Below, piece by piece: positions 47,114-57,424 of a stretch of 62,449 bases of DNA. The DNA is from a virus (Duplodnaviria > Caudoviricetes). A program made the translations under genes and the position numbers. Each line of letters opens with the position of its first letter. Position 1 is the first letter of the stretch. The stretch lies in IMG/VR virus record IMGVR_UViG_3300030107_001678, positions 1-62,449 of that record. One strand, 5' to 3'. The notes under the pieces were generated by a model, which worked only from the letters and a program-made list of their open reading frames with translations, had not been told where the DNA came from and did no database searches.

Positions 47114-50100
47114 TTATTTTTCCTCTTGTGTAATTTCTAATAAAGGTGTTCCATTTGCTTGTACTAATAAATTTTCAAAATATTGTAATATATCTGTAGG
47201 AATATTTTGATTTTTTTGTAAGTCATCCATTATAGAGGTTAAGGAAGGTGCATTATAAAATCCTGCAATAGTACCATCATCATTTTGTAATAGAGCTTGT
47301 CCATGAATAGGACCTATAGAAGAACTGTCACTATATATTTTTGTTCCTCCATCAGTTAATAAATCTAATATCATGCTATCGTCTCTTCCTCCTTCTCCTC
47401 CAACAAATCGTTCTACTTGTATAATTTTATCTTTAATTTTTTCATCTTTATAATATTTTAATTTTTTAAAATCTAAAAATAATTTAGCTAAATCTTTTTG
47501 TTTATTAATACTATATTCTAGTCGTTGATTAAATTCTTTTTTTATTTTTTCTACGTCATTTGGATTAGTCCAATCAATATTATAAGAATTTTTTAAAAAA
47601 TTTTTTAAATAATTATTTGCATCTCGCACATCTGCAGATTTGCTATTAGTTGCTGATATAAAAGATTTACTTAAATCTAATGTTTCATGTTTAACACCAG
47701 ATAAAGATTTAATTCTATCTGAATATTTATTACCCCATCCTTTATCAGTTACACCATATCCTTTTCTAAAAGCATCATTTATTTCTTCAGATCTTTTTGA
47801 ATCTCTTATATTTTGTACAGTTTTTATAGTTCCAGCACCAGGAATTATAACTTTTGCTAAATGAAGTATAGCTGTTAATGCCTTTTCTCCTAGTGGATCT
47901 GCTTTACCATATATAGGTCTACCTGTATCTGTTGTTCCCCTTACTACATCTAATAACTGTCCAGCTAAAAGACTTTCATCTGTAAATACTGATAAAGATT
48001 CTTCAAGTGCATTCATAACATCATTAAAATTATTAAGATTACCATTTTCAAAATCTTCTTTACCTTTCTCTGACATTAGATAAGGATAAAGTTGTTGTAC
48101 TATTTGTATAATAGGTGCATGAGGAAGAGTATATGTTAAGTTTTTATAACTTGTTTGAATACTATTTGTTTTAGGATTCCAATGGATAAAATTATCATAG
48201 TCTCTTATCTCATGTTTTTGCCAAGGTTGTGAAACAGCATCAATAGCTTCTCTATCATTTGCACTTATTTTATAACGATCATAATTATATTGTATATACT
48301 GTTGTGCACCAACTGCTGATGCTGTTGTACCTGCTATTCGTGCAGCACCTGCTCTTACTAATGCTAAATTTCCTGTTGCTGTACCTACTCTTATATCATT
48401 TAAAGCAATTCGTAATGCCTTTTGTGTAGTACGAAATACTTCATGTGTAAATGCAGGAAAAGTTCCAAAAGGTGTTCGTCTTAATTGTTTTACAGGTCTA
48501 ATTAATTTATGATATGTAGGCATAGTATCTGTAACAATTTTAATAGCATACTGATCTAATTCTTGTGCAGTCTTATTAGGAAATGCTGCTTTATATCTTG
48601 CACGTTCTTTATAAAAAGATAATATTTTAAAGACATCATCTTCAATAGAATATGCACTATTAGCTACATCTATAGTACGAGTTTTTATTTTTTCAAACCA
48701 ACCATTAGGATTTTTAACAGCTTCATCTAAAGTTCTAATAAGTTGTTGTGCTCTTACACCACTATTTATAAGACCAGTTTCTGCAAAAAATCTTAATCTA
48801 TCTAAACTTTGTGGAGTTGCTTTAGTTAAATCTTTTATAGTTGGTACAAAATTTTTAAATAAACTAGGACCTAAATTACCATTCATAGCTAGAAAAAATA
48901 TATTACCTTCCATATTTCGTAAGTGTGTATTTGCAGATAAAGATGTTGCATTAGAATTTGTTAAACCACTTGCTGTATACCACCAAGCATAAGTAGGATT
49001 AGCTTTTCCTAATTCAATTCCTTGTTGTAAATATTTTTTATATTCAGGTGTAGTAAAAATATTAACTAAAGGATTAGAATTTTTTCCTGCATTTATAAGA
49101 TAACCAGAAGCTAAGTTTGATAAATCTTCAGTAAGATTTCCTGTTGATGTTGTTTTACCTACACTAAATAAATTTGATCCATATTGAGATTCAGCTATTC
49201 CTTTTATTGTATTCATAAATTTATGTTCAGAAATAATTGCACTCATATTTCGCATAGTATTATTCCACCTAACTATAGGATTTTTTTCTTCACCTAATAT
49301 TAATCTAAAAGGTTTATCTATATCTTTTCTTTTTGTTAAAAGTTTTCCAAATTTATTTTGAGATATAGCATCAGATTGCCCAAGTTTTAACATATCTATA
49401 GCTGAAGCACGATCTTTTACATATTGATTAACATAAGTTAATAATAATCCTTCTATTTCATCAGCAGATGTATTTTTTGGTAACATTTCTTTTAACATTT
49501 TTTTTGCTTGAAGTACAGCTTGATATGCTTCTGTATCAGTAGCTCCTTTATTTACTATAGCATTTTTAACTTGACGTAACCATTCAGGTCTTGTGAATAA
49601 AGGATAATCATCTGCTATATATAATCCTAAATTTTTTTCTAAAGTTAAAGTATTACCTCTGGATAAACCAAAATTATCTAACATATATTTTGATTGTGTA
49701 TCTACCATAACACGCATTTTTATTAATTCTTTTTTAACATTTTCTGGTAATTGATCTAATGCTGCTGCTTGATTAGATTTAGCAGTTGATAAAATTTCAG
49801 TATAATATGCTTCTAAAAGTTCTTTATCATTTTTTGTAAGTTTTGTAGCAGGTTTTTTTAAAATAGTTTTTATTTCTGAAGGAGCATTAAATCCTATAAC
49901 AGGTCTTTTACCTAGAGCTGTATTAATAAGAGCTATTGTAGTATCATCTAATTTATCAAAGGGTTTACCATATGCAGTTTCTATAGCTCTAAAAAAATTT
50001 TTATCCTGATTCTTTAAAGCGATTGCAAGAGACTTAGGTGCATTATCCCATGTTACAAAAGCTCTATAAGTTTTAGGATCAAATGCTTGTTCTGCATTAA

Positions 50101-51352
50101 AATATCTTTTAAAGAATCCCCCACTTTTAGCTTTATTTGGATCACTAATTAATGTTACAGGTTCTGATAAATTTATTTTCCAATTAAATTTTCCATCAGG
50201 TTTTTTATTAACTTCTATTTCTTTTACATTAGTGTTATTTTTTGCAAGATTTTCTGGTTCTACAATACCTTCTTTTATAGCTTTACTTTTATTTATAATA
50301 TTTCTTAAACTTTGTGATGCTTTAATAGCTTTTTCTATAATAGGTTTTAATACAGGACTTGCTGTAGCTGTTGCAACATTAAATGTTGTACCCATTCCAG
50401 CAGCATCTATAATATTTTTTACAAGTCGTTGATAAGAAACATCATCATCTCGAATAGCAAGATCTTCTACATAAGGAGCAAGTTTAGGAAATTCTTCTAA
50501 ATAATTACCAAGAAAAGTTTCATCTTTACTTCCTACAATAAGATTTGATCCTATAAAAGCTGTTGTACCTCCACTTAATTTATTTATCCATTTAGGAGCT
50601 CCTTTTATTGCAGGTAATGCTTTTTGAATTTTATTAAAACTTACAAGAAAAGCAGCTAAATGTCCTAATGATTCGTCTCCTTTAGCAGGTGAAGGAGGAT
50701 CTGTTAATTGAATCCATGCATTAGATTCTAAAATAGGTTTAGTAAATTTATTATTATGTAAATATCTATTTGTAATATTATATTGATCTCGTATAGCATC
50801 TGATAAGTTAGGAGGATCTTTATGAGGTTTTGAAACGTCTGGATGTGGTAGTTTCATTGGACCTCCTGGAGTTATATAAGATAATAGTTTATTTTTATTT
50901 GCATATAAATCAAGAGGTAAATCTATAACATGTCCACCTAAATCTATTGCTCCTTCTACTGCAGATTTAACTGTCTGTTTTAAAACTGAAGGTATATAAG
51001 TACCAGGAGAATATTTATCTAACCATGTTGCTTCATTAGTATCTGAATCATCTAATAACGTAGAAGAAAATTGAGATGCATTACGTGCATTTGCAGTTAA
51101 ACCTTTATTTTTAGCTTCTTCATATAGTTTTAAAGCATTTGTATTTTCTGATATTCTACTTTTAAATTCATCAATATTATAATTATATTTATTTGCAATA
51201 GATATAATTATTGAATTTTGTTCTTCAGGAGTAACAGGTTTCCCAGAATTTTTTGTATACAGTTGCATTAGATTACTTAAATCATTATAAACCTGTCCCC
51301 AACTATTAGATTTTATATCAGGAACTCTTGTAAAAGTTTGTAAATCTGCCAT
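47114..51352 (-). CDS. Large internal virion/ejection protein
   Basis: 1412 aa, helical; last and largest of the internal-protein block. Confidence 0.55.
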   Translation of the reverse strand: MADLQTFTRVPDIKSNSWGQVYNDLSNLMQLYTKNSGKPVTPEEQNSIIISIANKYNYNIDEFKSRISENTNALKLYEEAKNKGLTANARNASQFSSTLLDDSDTNEATWLDKYSPGTYIPSVLKQTVKSAVEGAIDLGGHVIDLPLDLYANKNKLLSYITPGGPMKLPHPDVSKPHKDPPNLSDAIRDQYNITNRYLHNNKFTKPILESNAWIQLTDPPSPAKGDESLGHLAAFLVSFNKIQKALPAIKGAPKWINKLSGGTTAFIGSNLIVGSKDETFLGNYLEEFPKLAPYVEDLAIRDDDVSYQRLVKNIIDAAGMGTTFNVATATASPVLKPIIEKAIKASQSLRNIINKSKAIKEGIVEPENLAKNNTNVKEIEVNKKPDGKFNWKINLSEPVTLISDPNKAKSGGFFKRYFNAEQAFDPKTYRAFVTWDNAPKSLAIALKNQDKNFFRAIETAYGKPFDKLDDTTIALINTALGKRPVIGFNAPSEIKTILKKPATKLTKNDKELLEAYYTEILSTAKSNQAAALDQLPENVKKELIKMRVMVDTQSKYMLDNFGLSRGNTLTLEKNLGLYIADDYPLFTRPEWLRQVKNAIVNKGATDTEAYQAVLQAKKMLKEMLPKNTSADEIEGLLLTYVNQYVKDRASAIDMLKLGQSDAISQNKFGKLLTKRKDIDKPFRLILGEEKNPIVRWNNTMRNMSAIISEHKFMNTIKGIAESQYGSNLFSVGKTTSTGNLTEDLSNLASGYLINAGKNSNPLVNIFTTPEYKKYLQQGIELGKANPTYAWWYTASGLTNSNATSLSANTHLRNMEGNIFFLAMNGNLGPSLFKNFVPTIKDLTKATPQSLDRLRFFAETGLINSGVRAQQLIRTLDEAVKNPNGWFEKIKTRTIDVANSAYSIEDDVFKILSFYKERARYKAAFPNKTAQELDQYAIKIVTDTMPTYHKLIRPVKQLRRTPFGTFPAFTHEVFRTTQKALRIALNDIRVGTATGNLALVRAGAARIAGTTASAVGAQQYIQYNYDRYKISANDREAIDAVSQPWQKHEIRDYDNFIHWNPKTNSIQTSYKNLTYTLPHAPIIQIVQQLYPYLMSEKGKEDFENGNLNNFNDVMNALEESLSVFTDESLLAGQLLDVVRGTTDTGRPIYGKADPLGEKALTAILHLAKVIIPGAGTIKTVQNIRDSKRSEEINDAFRKGYGVTDKGWGNKYSDRIKSLSGVKHETLDLSKSFISATNSKSADVRDANNYLKNFLKNSYNIDWTNPNDVEKIKKEFNQRLEYSINKQKDLAKLFLDFKKLKYYKDEKIKDKIIQVERFVGGEGGRDDSMILDLLTDGGTKIYSDSSSIGPIHGQALLQNDDGTIAGFYNAPSLTSIMDDLQKNQNIPTDILQYFENLLVQANGTPLLEITQEEK

Positions 51353-51356
51353 AATA

Positions 51357-53375
51357 TTAAACTTTAGTAGGTGTTAATAATTCTTTAAAGTCGTCATTAT
51401 TTAAAATTGGATCTATCATACCTCCATGTTTTTTTGCATTAATTGCTTGCAATCCAGTTTCTCGTGCTATATGTTGCATTAATAATAATTGGTTATTTTC
51501 TAAGTTAGCTGTATTAGTTTTATATGCATCCATATTTGGTCCACCTAATCCTAAATCTGCCATAGTAATTGTTAAAGATTTAGTATTTCCACTTTTATCT
51601 TGATACGAAATAGTAGCTGTATTCTTATCTATTAATTGTGCAAAAGCAGCAGTATATAGAGTTGATAAAGTATTAGCTTCTCCAGTAAGTTTTCCTTTAG
51701 GTTGCCATGCTCCAGTATTTTTATTTTGTTCCATATCATCACCAACAATAGATGCAGCTTGACTTATTATATCTTTTTGACTCCATGCACTTCCAAATTT
51801 ATTTATTTTACCTTCAGCAGCTTTTAATGCAGCTTGAGCTGATATATCTTGAATATCTAATCCTGCTATTGCACCTATTTGTGCTGTTAATGCTTGAACT
51901 AAATCAAGATTACCTGCTGCTTCTGCTTGTTTTAATTGTAATTTTAAATTATCAAGTTCTTTTTGTTCAGTTATATTCCTTGCTTTAATTTCTGTTCCTT
52001 TTGTTCCTACATCTGTACCTATTTTACCTAAAAGGTTAGCAATTTTCATACCAGCAGTTGTTCCTTCTGGACCTGTAACTTCTGGTGACATACCATGGTC
52101 AGACATAGCTTTAAATAATGCTTGTTCTCTATCAAATTGATCTCTAATAGCTGCTGTATTTCGCCATTCTTCTGCTGCAGATACTTGATTAGCTATTGTA
52201 TCTAAAACATTTTTTCTACCTGTACGCATTTGATCTAATTCTGTAGATAATAATCTTGTTCCTCCTGCCATTTGATCTTGCCAAGGTAAAGCTGTATCAA
52301 TATTAAAATAAGGTTGTGGTTTACTTTTTTCATATTCTTCTAAATATTTTCCTGCTTCTGTAGTTAAGGGATCGAATATTATACCACTATTAGCTCTTTT
52401 AACTAATGAAGAAATACCACCACCAGTTTTACCAGCTCCTTGATACATAGGATATGGTTGACCACCTATAGTTTTACCAGTAAATTGTCCATAAAGTTGC
52501 CCAAGTCCTCCAAGTCCAGTAATAAGTTGTTGACCTACACTAGGACCAAAAGTTGCTGGTTTACTTGGTTCAAATACTGTTTGTCCTAAAGGAGCACCTG
52601 TAACTAACGATTGATACTTACCTATTTGTTGATAAGGATATTCTCTTTCAGTTAAATATTGTTGAAATAAATTATCAATAGCAGTTTGAGATTGTTGTTG
52701 TCGAGCTTCCCCTACTAAACCAAGTCCTGATAATTCTGCAGCAGCTTGTTTATAACCTTGTGTGCCTATATTTGCTAATTGTGTTGCTGCTTGACCTGTT
52801 CTAGTACGTTCTTCAGTTAATCTATTTACAGCATCTTGATATGCTTGTGCACTTCCTTTAGCTTGAATATCAGCTAAAAGTCTTTGTTGTGTATCTGCAG
52901 CCATACCTTCAAGAATAGCTTGTCTACTTCCACCAAATGCTTGTGCTTGTACAGCTTGTTCTGCTAATTTTGGAATAACTTCTGATTCAAATTGTTTAGT
53001 AGCTTCTCTTTTTTCTATATCAGTTACTGCTTGTTGATAAGGTGACATATAAGATTCAATTTGTTCAGCAGTTATAGGAGCAGCACCAGTTCTTGTCATA
53101 GTTTGAGCTTCATCAAATACAGGAGCAGTAGATCCTACAAGACCTGCAATACCTGTAAATGCTTGCTCTTGTTCAGGTGTAAACTCTGCAAGTGTAGCTC
53201 CAGTATAAGGTTGATAACCTTCATCCATTCGTTGATTATATAATGCTTGAGCTTTACTTAATATATCTTTATAATAAGGAGCTAGTTCTTTAGGTATTTC
53301 TGAAACATTTATAGCTTGAGCAGGAACTGGAGGTGTTAATTGTTTTTCACCAAATAAAGAAGAAAATACTGCCAT
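51357..53375 (-). CDS. DNA transfer/ejection protein
   Basis: YMSPYQQAV, AFGGSRQAI, Q/A/G-rich. Confidence 0.6.
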   Translation of the reverse strand: MAVFSSLFGEKQLTPPVPAQAINVSEIPKELAPYYKDILSKAQALYNQRMDEGYQPYTGATLAEFTPEQEQAFTGIAGLVGSTAPVFDEAQTMTRTGAAPITAEQIESYMSPYQQAVTDIEKREATKQFESEVIPKLAEQAVQAQAFGGSRQAILEGMAADTQQRLLADIQAKGSAQAYQDAVNRLTEERTRTGQAATQLANIGTQGYKQAAAELSGLGLVGEARQQQSQTAIDNLFQQYLTEREYPYQQIGKYQSLVTGAPLGQTVFEPSKPATFGPSVGQQLITGLGGLGQLYGQFTGKTIGGQPYPMYQGAGKTGGGISSLVKRANSGIIFDPLTTEAGKYLEEYEKSKPQPYFNIDTALPWQDQMAGGTRLLSTELDQMRTGRKNVLDTIANQVSAAEEWRNTAAIRDQFDREQALFKAMSDHGMSPEVTGPEGTTAGMKIANLLGKIGTDVGTKGTEIKARNITEQKELDNLKLQLKQAEAAGNLDLVQALTAQIGAIAGLDIQDISAQAALKAAEGKINKFGSAWSQKDIISQAASIVGDDMEQNKNTGAWQPKGKLTGEANTLSTLYTAAFAQLIDKNTATISYQDKSGNTKSLTITMADLGLGGPNMDAYKTNTANLENNQLLLMQHIARETGLQAINAKKHGGMIDPILNNDDFKELLTPTKV

Positions 53376-53378
53376 TTT

Positions 53379-55709
53379 TTATACCCTTTCCATCATAGGT
53401 CTTAGTGCTTCAAGACCATTTATTTCATTAGGTTGTTTTATTGTACCATAAGCTTTCTTACGTACACTTTCAACAACACCATCCATTACTTTTGCACCTG
53501 CATCTGGATTACCATTACCAAGTGCAGACATAGTATAAGAATCTACAACATATTCAGTAGGAGATACTGCTAATGTTCCTACTTGTTTACCTTTATCTTT
53601 TATAGGCATATAAACATTATCTTCCATACCATGTCCTTCACCAGGAACCATACCACTAAATTCTCCACCATGTGCTTTTTCTATAGTTCCTCCTGTTTTT
53701 AAATTACTTGAACCAAAACTAACATATTTTCTTGTATCTATATTTTTAAAATAATGTTTACCAGTACCTTGATCTGTATACATATACATATAATCTGCTG
53801 GATTTAATCCATTTGATGATAGTAAACTCCAAGGAGGATCTGGTAAAACTATCATATTTCTATTTGCAACTTCTGTTGAAATATCAGGAGTATCAGGAAG
53901 ATCTTTAACTATATCAGAAAGATCATTAAAAGTTGAATCTTTTTCAGGCATTCCTCCAGTTGCTAAACTAATTAATCCTCCTTTTTTTGTATATGTTGTA
54001 GGATTAAATGTATATCGAGGTGTTAAACGAGGTCGTGCTCGTCTACCATAAGCTATATCTAATATTTCATCTTCAGTTAAATTATATTCAACACCACTAG
54101 GATCAACTACAACATATGTTTGATTAAATCCTGACTCTTCATCTGTTAATGGTCTTGTTAATTCATAATTTCTACGTCTTAATTCTTCTTCAGCTTCTCG
54201 TAATTCTTTTTCACGTTCACGATCTCCTCTATAATCAGGAGTCATTGCATCCATAGCAGCTAATTCAAGTAGTCCTGTACCTGTACCATAATCTTCTATA
54301 ATACCTCCAGTTACTGATTGAGGATCTGCTATATAATCCATTCCTTGACCTACTGTTTGACCTATTGGACTTGCTTTTAGATCTGCCCATTGTCTTTCTA
54401 ATAAGTTAGGAGGTTGATAATTTGGATCTATAGTTGGAAGTTCTGTTATTGTAGGATCAGGTGTATAACTTACAGGATTTCCTAATTTATCATAAGTAAC
54501 TGTAGAATGAGCAGGTATTCCTGCTGTTTGTGCGATTGATTTAGGATATAAATTATGTTGTCCATAACCAGCACTATCACTAAAAGTTGTTTGTGTTTCT
54601 ATTGGTATACTTTTAGAAGTTGTAGTTGTAAGTGCAGGTTCTTGAGTTGGTGCTTGCCATAAAGATCCAGTATCTCTATAATTACGTAAACCTCTAAGAC
54701 CACCTGCAGTTACACCAGACATTGCTGCAGCTTTTAAAGCATCTTTAGGTTTTGCACCAGCAACTAATGCTCCAAAACCACTACCAAGTCCTGTTGATAT
54801 ACCCATTGCCCAAGGACTCATAGAAGCAACTTGTTGAGATAAAGTTAAACCTTTAGCTAATGAACCAGGAAGAAACCAAGTAGGAGCAAATTTAGCAGCT
54901 AAATAAGGTGCTACAATAGTTGCTGCAAGAGGAGCTAATGTTCTAAAAGCTTTAGACTTAGCTACTTTTTTAATTGATTTAGCTGCTTGTTTAAATGGTT
55001 TAAAGAAACTTTTAATACCCCAAGCTTCAGGTAATCCTGTAATAGGATTATATGTAATTGTTCCAAGAGATGCTAGTCCTGCAACTTCTTCAGGATTCAT
55101 ATGAACAAGCATATTATCCCCATATCTACCAAGATCTGCTAATCCTTGAGCTGTATTAACTATTTGTCCACCACCTGCTCTTAAAATCCCACCAAGATCT
55201 CCTTGTTCTGCAATTTTTCTTCTTTCAAATTGCTCATGTTGTGCTTTATTTCCTGAAAGATCTTCTAAATCTCTTAAATAATTATTATGTCTATATGCTT
55301 CTTCAGGAGTAAAATATCCTGCATCTATTTGTTCTTTAGTAATTCTATCTAATCCACCTGTTATATTATGATCAAGCATATCTATTTGATCACTAGATCG
55401 TAATGCTGGTATTTTAGTTTGATTTCCTTCTGCATCTACACTTACATCAACAAAATATATCTTACCATTATACATAAAAGTTTCACCAACCTCTGTATTA
55501 GCTATACCATCTTCTAAAGTATTAAAACTCATTTGACCACCATTTTCTTTTCGTACAATAGGTTCTTGCGTAACTTGTGGCAATCCCATAAGTCCTTGAT
55601 TGTTTATTCCTTGTAAATATTGCATAGCTCTTAACCTTTCTAATCCTTCTTCGCTTTGTATAGCATCTTGAAAATCTTCTAATTGTTCTAATTTATTTTG
55701 TGGTGTCAT
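53379..55709 (-). CDS. Internal virion/ejection protein with multiple GG motifs
   Basis: GDNMLVHMNPEE..NPITGLPE, Gly/Ala hydrophobic region, GEGHGMEDNV..EYVV. Confidence 0.55.
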   Translation of the reverse strand: MTPQNKLEQLEDFQDAIQSEEGLERLRAMQYLQGINNQGLMGLPQVTQEPIVRKENGGQMSFNTLEDGIANTEVGETFMYNGKIYFVDVSVDAEGNQTKIPALRSSDQIDMLDHNITGGLDRITKEQIDAGYFTPEEAYRHNNYLRDLEDLSGNKAQHEQFERRKIAEQGDLGGILRAGGGQIVNTAQGLADLGRYGDNMLVHMNPEEVAGLASLGTITYNPITGLPEAWGIKSFFKPFKQAAKSIKKVAKSKAFRTLAPLAATIVAPYLAAKFAPTWFLPGSLAKGLTLSQQVASMSPWAMGISTGLGSGFGALVAGAKPKDALKAAAMSGVTAGGLRGLRNYRDTGSLWQAPTQEPALTTTTSKSIPIETQTTFSDSAGYGQHNLYPKSIAQTAGIPAHSTVTYDKLGNPVSYTPDPTITELPTIDPNYQPPNLLERQWADLKASPIGQTVGQGMDYIADPQSVTGGIIEDYGTGTGLLELAAMDAMTPDYRGDREREKELREAEEELRRRNYELTRPLTDEESGFNQTYVVVDPSGVEYNLTEDEILDIAYGRRARPRLTPRYTFNPTTYTKKGGLISLATGGMPEKDSTFNDLSDIVKDLPDTPDISTEVANRNMIVLPDPPWSLLSSNGLNPADYMYMYTDQGTGKHYFKNIDTRKYVSFGSSNLKTGGTIEKAHGGEFSGMVPGEGHGMEDNVYMPIKDKGKQVGTLAVSPTEYVVDSYTMSALGNGNPDAGAKVMDGVVESVRKKAYGTIKQPNEINGLEALRPMMERV

Positions 55710-56929
55710 TATATTGCCTTTAAACCTGGTTTTATAGGATTACCATATTGATCTGCAGGAACTCTTATAGGTTTAATTCCTCCTGGTGGTATTAACATTC
55801 CTCCTTGAAAAGGAGGTGTATATTCTACATAACCATATGGAGCATCTGGATCAACTGGTGTAGGATTTTGTTGTTCATTTACTATTTTCATTAAGCTAGG
55901 TAATCCTTGTTGTTGATTTTGAAATCCTGTGCTACCAGATAACCCTGGATATAAAACTCTATTTAATCCTTCTTGATAATTATAATAACCAGGTGTTGTA
56001 ACTGAAACTGCTACATTTTGAGCTACTTCAGGAGGAACTTCTATATTAGTAGTAGGTTGAAAAGCATTTATTCTATCTTCTGGTCTTGTATGTAATTGTG
56101 AATCAGGACCTTTAAAATATGTTTGAAAAAAATTTGCATCTGTAGGACTTAATATTATAGGCATTCCTGAATAACTACCTTTTCTAGTTTCTACTCTTTC
56201 ATCATAAGGAGTATCAAAGTAACCTTCATATGTTACATTTAATGGTCTATATCCTTCTGGTAAAGTTTGTTCAAATTGATTTTTTTGTTCTTCTCTGGTT
56301 AAAGGTTGTTCTTGATTTTGTATTGCTTCTTGTACTCCACCATAATCATCTTGAGGATTATTTGTTCCATAAACATCTTTATAAATTTCTGCAGGAGTAG
56401 TACCAGAAGGATAATTAAGACCTGTAATATTAGCTTTTATATCTTCTAAAGCTGCAGGAAAATAAGACATCCCTCTTTGTCCTAGATCAGAAAGTTCTTC
56501 AGCTACTCCTCCTCCAAATGAAAGAACATTACCTATATATTTTCCTCCTGGAATATCTGGAGTAAGTCTATTAGCTAACTCTCTACTTGCTGCAGCATGT
56601 CTAGCAAGATTTGCTTCATCTCCTTTTGTTGAATCATAAAAATCACTAGCTAATTTATTAACTTTATCAACACCAGTTATTTGTTCCAAATTTAAAATAT
56701 CACTTATATTTTTATTTTTTAAATTTTCTATAGCTTTAGGAAGTGCCATTAAACCAGATGAACCTCTTTGGGGAATAAATCTAGGTTTAGGTGTTCTTAC
56801 TCTTTGTGCTACTTCTCCTTTAGTACGTCTATTCCAATCTTCAATAGCTTTCCTACTAGCTTCACGTATCTGAGCACGCAAGCCTTCTTCAGCTAATCCT
56901 CCTTCTTGTCTATATACTTTTTTGTACAT
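55709..56929 (-). CDS. Hypothetical internal virion protein
   Basis: RQEGGLA at the N-terminus; GLMAL; ARHAAAS segment. Confidence 0.5.
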   Translation of the reverse strand: MYKKVYRQEGGLAEEGLRAQIREASRKAIEDWNRRTKGEVAQRVRTPKPRFIPQRGSSGLMALPKAIENLKNKNISDILNLEQITGVDKVNKLASDFYDSTKGDEANLARHAAASRELANRLTPDIPGGKYIGNVLSFGGGVAEELSDLGQRGMSYFPAALEDIKANITGLNYPSGTTPAEIYKDVYGTNNPQDDYGGVQEAIQNQEQPLTREEQKNQFEQTLPEGYRPLNVTYEGYFDTPYDERVETRKGSYSGMPIILSPTDANFFQTYFKGPDSQLHTRPEDRINAFQPTTNIEVPPEVAQNVAVSVTTPGYYNYQEGLNRVLYPGLSGSTGFQNQQQGLPSLMKIVNEQQNPTPVDPDAPYGYVEYTPPFQGGMLIPPGGIKPIRVPADQYGNPIKPGLKAI

Positions 56930-57152
56930 TATTCTTTACATTCATATAGTTTGATTGGGGTTTTGTATTATCAGCAATAAAGTTACTATTACTATTATAC
57001 ACTATTTTTGAAGAGTCTGCTATAGGTTTAACAATTTCTTGTGAATTATACATATTAGGAGGTATAACTTCTCCTGAGTTTATATTACCTATATAAGTAC
57101 TCTCATTAATAAATTTAAAATATTCACTTTTATTCAATTTAAATTTTCCCAA
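56910..57152 (-). CDS. Hypothetical protein
   Basis: In operon. Confidence 0.4.
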   Translation of the reverse strand: MGKFKLNKSEYFKFINESTYIGNINSGEVIPPNMYNSQEIVKPIADSSKIVYNSNSNFIADNTKPQSNYMNVKNNVQKSI

Positions 57153-57424
57153 GCTTGTGTTGCTGTTGTACTAACATATCCTTTAAACTTACCTGTAGAT
57201 GCAGAATATGCTATGTCTCCTTTATTAGGATTACCTACTAATGTTATAGTAGTAACTGTATAAATATTTGTAGCAGGTCTTGTTTCCATTTGTATATCTC
57301 TTGTATCTAATTCGTTTACTAATGCTGCACCCCATTGCTCTACTTTATTATAAACTTTTTTTGATTCTGGATTATCTTTTAATTCATAATCAAACATAGG
57401 TGGTAAATCTGGATAACGTGCCAT
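57134..57424 (-). CDS. Small tail protein
   Basis: GDIAYS..KFKGY..W fibre-like motif. Confidence 0.5.
   Translation of the reverse strand: MARYPDLPPMFDYELKDNPESKKVYNKVEQWGAALVNELDTRDIQMETRPATNIYTVTTITLVGNPNKGDIAYSASTGKFKGYVSTTATQAWENLN

Noticed and set aside
9708-53243. Short antisense or off-frame ORFs (e.g. 9708, 12472, 13633, 19921, 33237, 41143, 44844, 47640, 50232, 53061)
   Set aside because: They lie within well-supported genes and lack RBSs or motifs.
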